From contig OZ024740.1 of assembly GCA_964016885.1 (NCBI GenBank), forward strand, positions 379,998,001 through 380,062,000: a DNA stretch of 64,000 bases, written 5' to 3'. A model generated the notes under the pieces. It was not told the DNA's origin. It did no database searches and saw only the letters and a program-made list of their open reading frames with translations. The DNA comes from Eledone cirrhosa. Its lineage: Eukaryota. Shown one piece after another: positions 13,422-25,606 of the stretch. Position 1 is the stretch's first letter, and every line of letters begins with the position of its first letter. Both the position numbers and the translations under genes were made by a program.

Positions 13422-13867
13422 GAAAAGGTATTGCCTTGCTGGCTGGCGTATAATTGATCTTCTACAGAAATCCGCCATAGAGTGAGAGAGATAGCTGTTT
13501 GTACCGTCTTTTACAGGAGAAAATCCTAGTAATTTACCAAAGGTGATGAATATTACAACTCAAGTTGTGTGATACGAAACTTTGTCGTACATTCATAAAG
13601 TAACAATATCAAAGCACGATTTTTCTATCTTACTATACTTTTCTATCTCTTGATTGACCAAAAGATAACATGAGAATGCTTGTTTAATTGTGTGTGTGTG
13701 TATATATATATATATATGTATGTGTGTGTTGTGTGTAAGTATATGTGTATGCTTGCATTATGTATGTACGTACGTATCTATCGATATACTGTATGTATGC
13801 ATATATGTATATGTACGTTAGCATATCTATAAATGTATGTATATATATATATATATGTATATATTTA

Positions 13868-14401
13868 TGTCGGGTCACTCTTGAGTGCTACTGGTAACAT
13901 GTAACCCAGTACAACCTGTCGCATAGTCGAGTCGTCGGCGACTAAACTGGCAACCCCACCAAGTTTAATTCGTGAGGAGGGTGATTTTGGACATCCTGCA
14001 GGACAAAAAACAAAACCTGACAAAGGGCGGAAGAACTCATGAGTCAACGACCATCCCAAAGTATGTAAGTATGTTTATACACATGTACCGCGCGGTTAAA
14101 CCACTGGGAGGGAAGGACCCATAGCCCTCGTCTGGGCATTCTTGTAGGAGAAGGCAACTCAGGAAACTGGGATAACTCCGATATAAAACCTGCGGCTCAG
14201 TAGTTACCGATGATGTTGATCTTTTCTTCTTTTCGGGTTATAGCTACTGTCGCTCAGAGAGTGGGATTGGCTCAGTGCACAATATTTCCTCACTTTGAAA
14301 AATATCTTCACGCACAGGCATTGCACGATAGACTTAATTAATAATTATTAATAATGGTATATCATGCAATGGCCATACTCGATAACGAGGGGGCAGCCAT
14401 C

Positions 14402-14402
<1 letters not shown>
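13868..14402 (+). mobile_element. Structured (TATG)n-associated repeat (copy 3)
   Basis: Same 5' domain as the other copies. The 3' half is nearly identical to 43547-43842. Ends atggccatactcgataacgagggggcagccatcat. Confidence 0.85.
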
Positions 14403-14435
<33 letters not shown>

Positions 14436-15609
14436 ATGTATATATATATATATATATGTATACCGTATATATATATATATATGTATACCGTATATATATA
14501 TATAATATATATATATATATTTATATATATATGTATATATTTATATATATATGTATATATGAAGGTACATGTGTGTTTATTTATGAAGTTGTATGCTTGC
14601 GCGGTCTTTTTGACACACATATTTAAACGCGAGAGAGACAGCGAGCGGGAGGTAGAGAAAGAGAGAGAAAGAGGAAAGAGAGAAAGAGTAACTAAGCTGG
14701 GCTATCCTGTCAACTGAAGAGTGCAGTTTGCATCATAGCATAGACAATGTGTTTCGGTGAGTGACGAATACACCTCATTCTCACTGACTTAGTCAACTGC
14801 CAATTAAACGATTTATTCTATAAGCACATATATTTGTATTGCCCGCTTTACAATTGGTTATTAAATCACCAAAGGTGTTTTAGCCACGATCACCCCAACA
14901 TTCATTTTTAAACATAGAATATCTAGGATTACATTATATGTGTGGTTGGTGCTTTCTAAGGGTTTCATTCTGTTTGTATGCTGCATGCAAGTTTGTGCGT
15001 GAGGGTGCATGTGTGAATGTGTATGTTTGTGATGGTACATATGTGTGAGTGTATTGTATATAGGGTTGTATATGTATGAATGTGTTGTATGTGAGGGTAT
15101 GTGTATGAGCGTGTTTGTTTGTGAAGATATAAGTGTGAAAATATGTCCGTGTTTAAGTATGTAGTTGTGTATCGTGTGAGTGTTTATGTGAATGTGTGTG
15201 CGTGAAAGTATATGTGCGCGGGAGTATGTGTATGAATGTATTTTGTGTGAGTGTATATGTGCGCGGGTGTGTGTGTATGAATGTATTTTGTGTGAGTGTA
15301 TATGTGTGCGGGTGTGTGTATGAATGTATTTTGTGTGAGTATATACGTTCGAAATATTATATGTGTGTACATATATATGAGAGTGACTGTGACATGTATG
15401 TGTTTGTGTGTATATGTGAGTGTGTAAAGTGGGTGGTCGTATCGTAGTAAGGAAGTATAAACGAAGTGTTATAGAAAAGGAGCTTCGAAACAATGAAAAC
15501 ATAAACACATAGTGTATGAAAGTAGTGATAAGTGACGATGATAAGAAACGTTAGAGCTGAAAAAAGCAGCATGACTTTGGAACTTATTTGTGAGAAATTT
15601 ACATTTTAG

Positions 15610-15760
15610 GCTGGTGGATTGGCAGCACAGAGATATCGTCACAACATTCCATCGCGGTATTTAATTATGATCTTTTACGTTCTGAGTTCAATCCCAGCGT
15701 GATCAACGTTACTTTTCACCCTTCCGGGATCGACAGAATAAAGTACCAGTTAAATTCGGG
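15610..15760 (+). mobile_element. tRNA-derived SINE, family B
   Basis: gttctgagttcaatccc B box and the conserved core cttttcacccttccgggatcgacagaataaagtaccag. Confidence 0.75.
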
Positions 15761-15761
15761 T

Positions 15762-15910
15762 AGGTGTGAGCCTCGCGAGATGGAATGGCTCTTCCAGCGC
15801 ATCTCCCTTATTATCTTCCGTGCAAACGTCTTTTCCATTCTGTCCGCCGGGGCTGTGGGGCTCACTATACAGAGAGATGGGGAGGGCGAGAGAGATGGGG
15901 GCGATGACGG
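15762..15910 (+). mobile_element. 3' end of a CRE-like non-LTR element
   Basis: RCEPREMEWLFQRISLIIFRANVFSILSAG resembles the CRE-clade C-terminal WLxQRxSxxxxRGNAxxIL motif. Repeated at 41305 and 41432. Confidence 0.7.
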
Positions 15911-18024
15911 TGGGAGTTCGGCTCTTCCGTGTTCGGACACATTGCACCTGTCAAGAGGGTATATCGATGTAATTATAGCTGATATTACCCTTATACAAAA
16001 ATCGAACCACTCATCTTTTGTTCCACAGCTGGTTCCTTTCATTAATCGAATCTAGAAATGAACTTGTTGAGATAATGTGGCTCCGGGGCCTCTGCACACA
16101 GAAAGATAACAGGATGGTCACGGCTGCAATGTTTTTGATCATAAGTTGCTCAATCAAGACGGATCTGTGGCTAAACAACATTAGCAATAATTATTGCCAG
16201 AAATGACTTTAGGAAATATGAGTAGCGTTTAATATTTTCCTCTTCTCTAAAATGTAGGGGATAAGTGGCCACGCAAAATGAAGCAATATTTTAATTAGAA
16301 ATATTACTCTTTAGATTGCCACAACCTAAAATTGTTGATATTTAGCCCTAGATCAGCTCTGATTAAGAAGACCTATGATCAAGTAAGTGCCAACTCTGTA
16401 TATCCCATATTTTATATCCATGAAAATCTCGTCAATAATTAAGACAATATGAACCAAAAAGTAAGTTACTCTATGTGTTCTTCGTTTCATAAAACGGCAC
16501 TGACTGATTTGACTGATATTTCTAGTAGGTCCAAAGAACACACAGTGGCACATTCGTTTGCTCGTAAGTAATAAATGTTAATGTTGTAATAATCACGAAA
16601 TAATTATTATTTTGATATATTTGACCCCCGATCTTCAACTGGCGTTTTATTCTTGGATATATAGATATGGTAAGTTCTAACGAGGATTCCTTATTTTTAA
16701 ACTAAGGTCATGAACGATTTTATCCACTAAGCCATTGGCATATGGATGTAGTTACTGAAAGCTCTGTCATCTGTAAAGGTAAGTTTAATATTTAAAAAAA
16801 ATCATAATTTTATAAAGAACAATTTACCTTAACAATTTAGACATTTTGATGATTGAATGTTGTAATGTCGCCAAAAAAAGGTAGAACCTTGGTTTAAATG
16901 ATGTACAGTCTTTAGCCTAGGTTCTGTACGTTTTCAGTTGAAACTCATCTAGGAATATTTTCGACATTCTGATTCGTTGAATTAATCACAAATAAAATGT
17001 TGTAATCAATTTGTTTAAGAAATATCTCGTTACATGATAGCTTATTTGAAAAAGAAAATCGATAAAAATAAGTCACTAAGTACAGGAAATTCTGGTAGAT
17101 TTTTAACCTTAGAAAATGTAATTTTCTTGAGATATACGTTAACTGTAATATAAGGGTGGGTGTGTATATAAAGAAACATGTTGTATATAAGTATCGACTG
17201 ATACATTTGATAGATAGATCGTAGTATTGATATTAATGTTACCTGATGTGTATCAAAGAACATAACCTAAACAGCTTCAATTGCGTTATTTGGTTATGTA
17301 GCGAAGATACGAGCTAATTGATTTCCCAAACTTAAAACCTTTATTGAGAAGGAAATGGCAATATGGAATTGATTTTGTTTCAACAGCAATCACTTATAAG
17401 GTAGCGTATGGTATAATATTTTCTAGAGGAGGAATACCGATGAAAATGAAGTCAACATTTCCAGCTCTATTAATAAATGGTCTCAAAATAAATTCAGGAA
17501 TTATGTTTGTTAAACGATACTTCGATGTGTATCATGGTACAAGGAAATACAGTGGAGCAAATTTTCTTTTTCTCCGCCCCACTTAAGACATTAAGATCCG
17601 AGTTGATAGGCTATCGATCAATAGGTCAACAGTTCATATCCAATCATTGACCTAACACTATCTTCATGACAAAGACAGTAAATATTTTAAAAAGTGAAAA
17701 TAAATGAATACTTAAACAGGCACATAGCATTTGTACTAAATAACATTTCGTATTAACCAGTGAGAGAACCTATACATGGTCACTCAATGTGCTAGATATT
17801 GCAACTAAATCTCATACATACATCCATAAATATACACAATTATATCTAGCACTTATAATATAGACTTCCAGCTACGATATTCTTTAAAATTAGGTTGGGT
17901 ATTTGACTATATTTAGAAAGTAAAATACGTGTAATACAAACGTATATTCTCATAATATTATGGGGTAAATGGGGCTCCCAATGAGACAGTTATCATTTGA
18001 GATGATGAAGCACTCATCATATAT

Positions 18025-18108
<84 letters not shown>

Positions 18109-18305
18109 TAAATGTATATAATATTAAATGTATATATTGAGTTAGGAACTCAATATATACATTTAATATGTTGAGCTATTTCAAATGTCGAGTAAACCTG
18201 GCTGCTATTTTTAGTGGTGTGGGTTTTTGAGACTCGCTAGGATGCCATGTGCGGTGTTTTATATTTTATATATAGCATACATAGATGTGTCTAGGATACT
18301 AATTC

Positions 18306-18380
18306 ATCACCCACTGAAGAGCTTGGATTAGTATATCTATTCACAATTAACTTTGCGAAACAACAAGTTGTCTGGGTGAT
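18306..18380 (+). ncRNA. Canonical type I hammerhead ribozyme
   Basis: Stem I atcaccca/tgggtgat (8 bp), CTGAAGA, stem II closed by gc/gc, GAAA, stem III caac-aa-gttg, GUC triplet. Confidence 0.9.
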
Positions 18381-18751
18381 TGGTAGTTACCACAATTCCG
18401 GTTTGTATTTATTTTCTTAATTTTTTCTTAAATTGAGACAAGCGAACCCAATTGTCTATAGTTAGTATTCTTTTCACCTTAGCGAATCAGGTCCCTTACG
18501 ATTTGAACACATATATCTATATATCTGTGTTTGTTTTTTCTTTTATATTCTATTATAATATACAGTTCTTTGATTCTTATATTTCATATAACTGCTCTGT
18601 AAATCATCTGATGTTTTTACATTGAGCTACTTAACTTACTGGTAATAAGGTAGTAATACATTACTGCCTACCACTATTTAGGGTTTGTATAAAAAATACA
18701 TATAACTGCATAAGGTTTTTGTATTTACATAACCATAAATAGTATAATTAA

Positions 18752-18819
<68 letters not shown>

Positions 18820-19212
18820 GTGTATGTGTGAGTGTGTGCGCGCGCGCGCATATATCTAAAAAGGCGTTGAGTAGGCAAAACCATTTGAATATCGACCAGA
18901 ATGCTTTGCGGCATTCATTCTGGCTCTCTGAGCTTTGAGTTCAAAGTTGGAGGCTTTTGGTAAATATAAACGCGATGATAAGTTGAAATCTATATACACT
19001 TAAACCCCACCTCCCTTCCCCCCGAAGAATGAGAAATTGTGTTCATGCACGTTGGAAAGATTACTACATGGGAGCAAATTTTAATTTATATATGTCCCTT
19101 CTTTCTTATTTTTTTACTTCTAAATTATTCCCTTACCTTTTCATTTTTTATCTAATTGGAACTTTATAATTGAACTAAAAAGTACAAACTCCATATAATC
19201 ACCAATAATAAT

Positions 19213-19375
19213 TGTTTCTACTTTTGGCACAAAGTATTACTGGTACTTTATTTTATCGACCCCGTAAGGATGAAAGGCAAAGTTAACCTCGGTGGGATTT
19301 GAACTCAGACCATAAATGGCCGTAACTCTTTGCTGCAAAGCATGGCGTCAGACCCTCTACCGATACTGCCAACCT
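19213..19375 (-). mobile_element. SINE family B
   Basis: Reverse complement of the core: ctggtactttattttatcgaccccgtaaggatgaaaggcaaagttaacctcggtgggatttgaactcaga. Confidence 0.85.
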
Positions 19376-20052
19376 ACTTATTAATCATTAGATGATGCGA
19401 CACGAAGTTTCTCTGATTCATATGAATTTACAATAACTACAAATAGATTCATGCCATACACCTTTAGAAGGACGCACAACTCTCTTTAAATATTCTTGGC
19501 TAAATTCTGCAACATACAATAGATGGACAAAGTTAAGCAAAGAAGGTTTTATGTGATTGCCCCTAGATTGTGTGGAACTCCTATTCACATATGCACACAT
19601 ATGTAGTTGTAGCTAGGGTAAATAAAAAAGATGTCTACGTAAAGTTAGCGATATCACCATGGAAACAAATATACGTTAGAAGAAATGTCGTTGATATTAA
19701 TTCAAGAACTGGTGATCGAAGACTTTTATATCTATTCATGTGTGCTTTGCTTTTTTTTTCTTTTGCTTTACCGGCATATATTCTACCACGCCCAATATAT
19801 TGCCACACGCACACTCATACGTAAACACTGGCAACACACACACATATATATATATTGTGATTCCTACATAAGATATTCCATTTACAACAAATAGTTTCCT
19901 GAGTTAATACAAGCTACATGAAAGCGAATAGAATATCGTCTGTACGAATGGTAATAGAGAAATATTAGCTATTTGTGTATAGAGCAACCTTTCTTTTTGA
20001 TGATATTTTCACCACAAATATATACACACACATTGATACATACATACACACA

Positions 20053-20150
<98 letters not shown>

Positions 20151-20198
20151 TATACATATATATACATATATATACATATATATATATATGTATATATA

Positions 20199-20325
20199 TA
20201 TATATTGGTAAACGGAATAGAAAATGCTGACAAATTGTTCACAGTTGAAAAATGGTTTAATTAGGAATAAAAGAGTATTAGTAATTGTATGGGTCAGCAT
20301 TTTCTATTCCGTTTACCAATATATA
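20199..20325. repeat. 33-bp inverted repeat (fold-back) in (TA)n
   Basis: tatattggtaaacggaatagaaaatgctgac / gtcagcattttctattccgtttaccaatata. Confidence 0.9.
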
Positions 20326-20354
20326 ATAACTTGTGTGTTACACCTCTATTCTTT

Positions 20355-20403
<49 letters not shown>

Positions 20404-20670
20404 GGAAAAAATGAAACGAAATTTCATTTCTCACTCTTAGTACGACTGTTACTTAAATATAAGTATGTATACGTACATACATATATGTATACAGACATAC
20501 AGTAGTATGTATATATATATATACATACATGCACACATATATATATATGTACGTATGGATTCATCGAACATTTATTATAATGCTCGGTTTATTTGTAAAC
20601 AAACATCCCGAATTAAGCCGTACAGTGTTTAGCAACCATCGTTTCCCTTTTGTTCAACACTGACAAAGGA

Positions 20671-20713
20671 ACGATATACTAGTTTCAAGCTTATTAGCTA
20701 TCGTCAGCACCGT
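20671..20713 (-). ncRNA. Minimal type I hammerhead ribozyme
   Basis: The minus strand reads acggtg CTGACGA tagctaataagctt GAAA ctag TA tatcgt, with a palindromic stem III. Confidence 0.8.
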
Positions 20714-21116
20714 ATACCTTCCTGCCATATGATCATGCATATTAACTGCTGAGCAGCCTAATTTGCATATCGAGTGAGTTAATCGGCCGGGCGCACCGAA
20801 AACGATAAATGGAAAAAATGAAACGAAATTTCATTTCTCACTCTTAGTACGGCTGTTACTTAAATATAAGTATATATACGTACATACATATATGTATACA
20901 GACGTACAGTAGTATGTATATATATATACATACATACACACACATATATATATATATGTACGTATGGATTCACCGAACATTTATTATAATGCTCGGTGTG
21001 TTTGTAAATAAACAACCCGAATTAAGCCGTACAGTGTTTAGCAACCATCGTTGCTCTTTTGTTCAACACTGACAAAGGAACGATGTACTAGTTTCAATCA
21101 TCTGGCAGGAAAGTAT

Positions 21117-21159
21117 ACGGTGCTGACGATAGCTAATAAGCTTGAAACTAGTACATCGT
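21117..21159 (+). ncRNA. Minimal type I hammerhead ribozyme
   Basis: acggtg CTGACGA tagctaataagctt GAAA ctag TA catcgt. Confidence 0.85.
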
Positions 21160-21362
21160 TCCTTTGTCAGTGTTGAGCAAAAGAGCAACGATGGTTGCTA
21201 AACACTGTACAGCTTAATTCGGGATCTTTTTTTACAAACAAACCGAGCATTATAATAAATGTTCGGTGAATCCATACGTACATATATATATGTGTGCATG
21301 TATGTATATATATATACATACTACTGTACGTCTGTATACATATATGTATGTACGTATACATA

Positions 21363-21406
<44 letters not shown>

Positions 21407-21768
21407 TATAATACTCTCATGTCTGTAGAAGATATGAAGGAATTGTTTAAAAAGCTATAGATCTATAGTCAATTTACATTTATCTTTGTCACTACCTAAT
21501 ATAGAATGGAATAAGAAATACAATATTTTGTGTGACACTACAAATATGCTTATCTCGATCCAAATCAATCTACACCTTTTCCCTTTTTCAAATCTTACAA
21601 AATGTAATATAATTAATGTACTTCTAATTACTTTGAATCGATGGAATACACTTGTGTCGATAAAAACCTTTCCACATATCAAGAGAGTAAATGTTATAGG
21701 TGAAATGAAATTCAATTGATAATTATATAGAAGAAATCCGGGTCAATTCATTGAATTATAGAGAGGGA

Positions 21769-23697
21769 ATCATCATGGCTTGGCTTCGCGAACGAAGATT
21801 AGGAAGGTTGTCCACGTCGTCTGCAGGCACGCTCATGATTGACAAGTCCGATGCGGGAAAGGCAGGTCCGTGAGCAGTGTCCATAGATGAAGGTAACGTC
21901 CGGTGTGGTGTCAGAGGCGGCTCGGACCTTCCTTCTGCGTCTCTTGTCTTTTTGCGCGTCTCTTCTGTCTTCCTCAAACTCGCTGACTGCGTTGAAGATC
22001 GTGTGGCGCCAGGAATCACTGTCCGCAGCCAGGTCTGACCAGCATTGGTGGTCAACATGACATGCGGTGAGAGACTTTTTGTAGCGTTTCTTCGAGGCTC
22101 CTCTCTCTCGGTGGCCGGTGGAGAGTTCGCCAAACAGGGCAATCTTAGGAAGGCGATGGTTCTCCATTCTGGAGACATGCCCTGCCCATTGGAGGTGGTA
22201 CTTCAGTAGCATGGCTTCAATGCTGGGGGTCTCGGCCTGCTCCAGAACTTCAACGTTTTTGACGAAGTCACTCCAGCGAATGTTGAGGATGGTGCGAAGA
22301 CATCGCTGGTGGAAGCGCTCGAGGAGACGGATGTGACTGCGATAGGTGACCCAGGTCTCCGAGCCGTAGAGGAGAGTGGTGAGAACGACAACCCTGTAGA
22401 CGCTGATCCTTGTCTTGTTCTTCAGGTTTTTGTTGTGCCAAACACGTTTGTACAATCAGCCAAAGGAGCTATTTGCCTTAGAGAGTCTGTTGTCAATTTC
22501 TTCGTCGATCCTTGCATCGGATGAGATGATGCAGCCCAGGTATGTGAACTGCTGTGTTGATTTCAGTTAGGTATCGCAGATAGTGATGTAGGGTGGGCGG
22601 TATTCTTCTTGGGGGGCAGGCTGGTGAAGAACCACCGTCTTCTTGAGGCTAACCTCCAGGCCAAAGAGCCGTGAGGCGTCCGCAAAGCAGGACGTGATGC
22701 GCTGCAGAGCTCGCTCTGTGTGGGCGACGAGGGCAGCGTCGTCCGCGAAGAGAAGGTCTCGGATCAGCCTCTCCTGGGTCTTGGTATGGGCTTGGAGGAG
22801 CCGTAGATTGAAGAGGCTTCCATCCATACGGTACCTGACATACACCCCATCTCCATCATCCAGATCCTCAGCTGCATGCTTGAGCATCATACTGAAGAAG
22901 ATGCTGAAGAGAGTCGGTGCCAGGACACAACCCTGCTTCACGCTGTTGGAGATGGGGAAGGGCTCCGACATGTCACCGTTGAGTCTGATCTGGCCGCGCT
23001 AGTTCTCGTGCAGCTGGATCACCTTCTGTAGAAACTTGGTGGGACAGCCAAGTCGTTCCAGGATGAGCTATAGTCCTGTCCTGCTCACTGTGTCAAATGC
23101 TTTTGTGAGGTCGACAAAAGCAGCACAGAGTCCCTTGTTTTGTTCTCGGCACTTCTCCTGGAGTTGGCGGAGGACGAACACCATGTCCGTCGTGCCTCTG
23201 TTGGCTCTGAAGCTACACTGGCTCTCGGGGAGGTTTTCTTCAGTGATGGTTGGTACGAGCTTGTGGAGCAGAATCCTGGCAAGTACTTTGCCAGCGATGG
23301 AGAGTAGGGTGATTCCCCGGTAGTTGGAGCAGTCAGACTTTTTACCCTTGTTCTTGTACAGGGTTATGATGACGGCGTCGCGATGATCCTGTGGCAGCTT
23401 ACCCTGCTCCCAACAGCAGACAAGAAAATCGTGTAGCTTGTCGTGGAGCGTCGGACCTCCATTCTTCCAGATTTCTGGTGCGATGCCCCCAACTCCTGCT
23501 ACTTTGCGACTCTTGAGTTGTTCTATGGCTTCAGTCGTCTCTTCGAAGGTAGGTGGTTCGTCGAGCTCCTCTTTGAGTGGAAGTTGAGGAACGCGATGGA
23601 TGGAAGCGTCCTGTACGGTGCGGTCAGCACTGAAGTGGCTTTAGAAGTGCTCGGACCAGCGAGCGAGGATGGAAGTGTTATCGGTGAGGAGGTCCTG
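21769..23697 (-). mobile_element. 5'-truncated RTE-clade LINE (RTE-1/BovB-like)
   Basis: RT motifs NYRGITLLS, FVDLTKAFD, VKQGCVLAP and LLFADD. C-terminal LLYGSETW and WAGHVSRM. 3' tail gaagccaagccatgatgat. Stops and frameshifts are present. Confidence 0.95.
21799..22971 (-). pseudogene. RTE reverse transcriptase C-terminal half (ORFs 22567-22971 and 21799-22455)
   Basis: Track ORFs carry QGCVLAP, FADD and the RTE C-terminal motifs. Confidence 0.9.
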
Positions 23698-23787
23698 CTT
23701 ATATGCAAATCAGGCCGATCAGTCACTGTATATATTAGAAAATAGCATATATTTTCACTAGCTCTGACAGTTGGCAGGTGAACAGTG

Positions 23788-23835
23788 AGCTGTACTGATG
23801 AAGGGTAATACCCAGAAACATTAGTGTCTGCAGTT
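23788..23835 (+). ncRNA. Type I hammerhead ribozyme
   Basis: agctgta CTGATGA agggt-aat-accca GAAA cat-ta-gtg TC tgcagtt. Stem I is 7 bp and the triplet is GUC. Confidence 0.85.
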
Positions 23836-24006
23836 CTGTTTACATGCCAACACAAGAGCAAGAATGAAGGGTTCATTCTACTGACATGGCTATAAAAATG
23901 AGGCTTGTTTGTATAATCGAATGAATCGAGCAAATGAATCGAATGTTATTATTAATATTCGAAAAACTCAGATTACATTTATTGTATTCAGCCATGTAGA
24001 GCGAAA

Positions 24007-24052
<46 letters not shown>

Positions 24053-24850
24053 GTGTGTGTGTGTGTAGATGCTCAAATTGTATCGTGGGGTAACATAAGA
24101 AGCTAGTCAATACATTTGTAGAGTATAGGCACTTTTTATTTTATAGAATTTATTATGTATATATTTCAATTTATTATACATATATTTAAATTTACTTAAA
24201 TTCTCTTGTATAGGCCGAATATATTGTTTGCAAGACAATACTTACAAATGAGGATAACTTCTCTTAATTTACTGATTAACCATTTAAATTTTAATAATTA
24301 GTGTCTTTTTTTTGTAATCCGAAACTTTGGTCTAAGCAATTATAATTTTACAATTTTATTGTAAGTACAATAGCATTTGCCTTTAAATGTATTTCTACTG
24401 ACTATGTTTTGTTTGCTATATATATATATTATTATACCTAAATAATATTGTGTAAATGATGCTCTGAAAAGGTGTATTTTAGCCCTTAATATTCATTGAG
24501 TTTTATATGGTATATTATATATATATATCAATGAAAAAAGAAGGCAAAATATAAACTGCCGTAATCCAGTAATTGTGGAATTACACCTCATGACGTCGCT
24601 ACATGTCTTGCGTCATGATCTGATGACGTAAACCATAGAAATACGTATTGGAAATTTTGCAACATTAAAGGATTATTTGGAAACCAGCCGTTTTTTTATT
24701 TAAGCATTTAACCCCGATCCTGCATCAACCAAATTGTATATCATATCTACGAGGAATGATATGCACAACATTGAGTCCTTGTGTTTATTGCATGATATTC
24801 TGCTAATCGGAATGATTAGCTCTACCCATTAGTTAAACCATCCAATGTAA

Positions 24851-24903
<53 letters not shown>

Positions 24904-25099
24904 GGTGTATTAAAAATAATCAGTCGATTTCATTTACAATTTTTACAAATGCTTAATATGTAAATAACTTTATAAATATTTATAAAATTATAAAAATAAA
25001 TTTATATTCAGACAGCTATTTTACAAGTTACTGCATGGATATGTGGGTATTTGTTTAAAAAATATATCCTTTTGAAATAACACCCACCAAGATCGGATT

Positions 25100-25382
25100 G
25101 CAGTTTTAGTTACTGTAAAAGGTAAGGAGGAGGTCTTATGTGTTCCTATTGCGAGAGATGGAACCGGATGAATAGTCGCTGAGTTCGACTGAAATTCAAC
25201 AACTCAAAAGTCAGGATAGAATAATTGGTATGTCCTTTGACATCACAGCCAGTAACACCGGCATGCACCAAGACGTTTATAGAAACGTTGAAGCAGCTTC
25301 TAAAAAAATCTCTCTTGTGGCTGGCTTACCGCCAACACATTCTTGATTTGAATTTGAAGGATGTTTACGAAATCATTTGGTC
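25100..25382 (+). pseudogene. hAT (hATm/hAT19-like) transposase fragment
   Basis: IIGMSFDITASNTG at 25221 and LLWLAYRQHILDL at 25312 match the FDTTASNTG...LLWLACRHH motifs. Confidence 0.7.
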
Positions 25383-25384
25383 GT

Positions 25385-25602
25385 CTAGTGAGAGAGTGTG
25401 AGGTATGTAGTGGGTTATAGAGAGAGGGAGAGAATTTATTGGGCTAGTGAGAGAGGGTTTATTGTGAGAGAGAGAGTGATGTATGCAGTTGTATACAGAG
25501 AGCGGGAGGGTGTTTGTTGGTTTAATAAGAGAGGGGGAATGAAGAGAGTGAAAGAGAATGAGTTATGTAGTGGAATAGAGAGAGAGGGGGGTATGTAGTG
25601 AG
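25385..25602. repeat. Degenerate GA-rich minisatellite (left part)
   Basis: Units like agtgagagagagtgaggtatgtagtgggatatagagag. The array resumes at 30183. Confidence 0.8.
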
Positions 25603-25606
25603 ATAT

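Larger units (their letters stand above)
20399..21370. mobile_element. ORF-less hammerhead element: two direct ~407-bp units plus an inverted copy (pLTR- or retrozyme-like)
   Basis: Direct copies start at 20401 and 20808. 21103-21370 is the reverse complement of about 20455-20727. (TA)n flanks both ends. Confidence 0.85.

Noticed and set aside
16720-16785. Isolated good splice sites (also 33689, 49690, 52261, 59536 and 61210)
   Set aside because: They could not be chained into a coding gene. A host transcript cannot be excluded without RNA data.
24615-24655. ctgatga...gaaa tacgta hammerhead-like string
   Set aside because: No convincing stem I or stem II. At best a decayed remnant.
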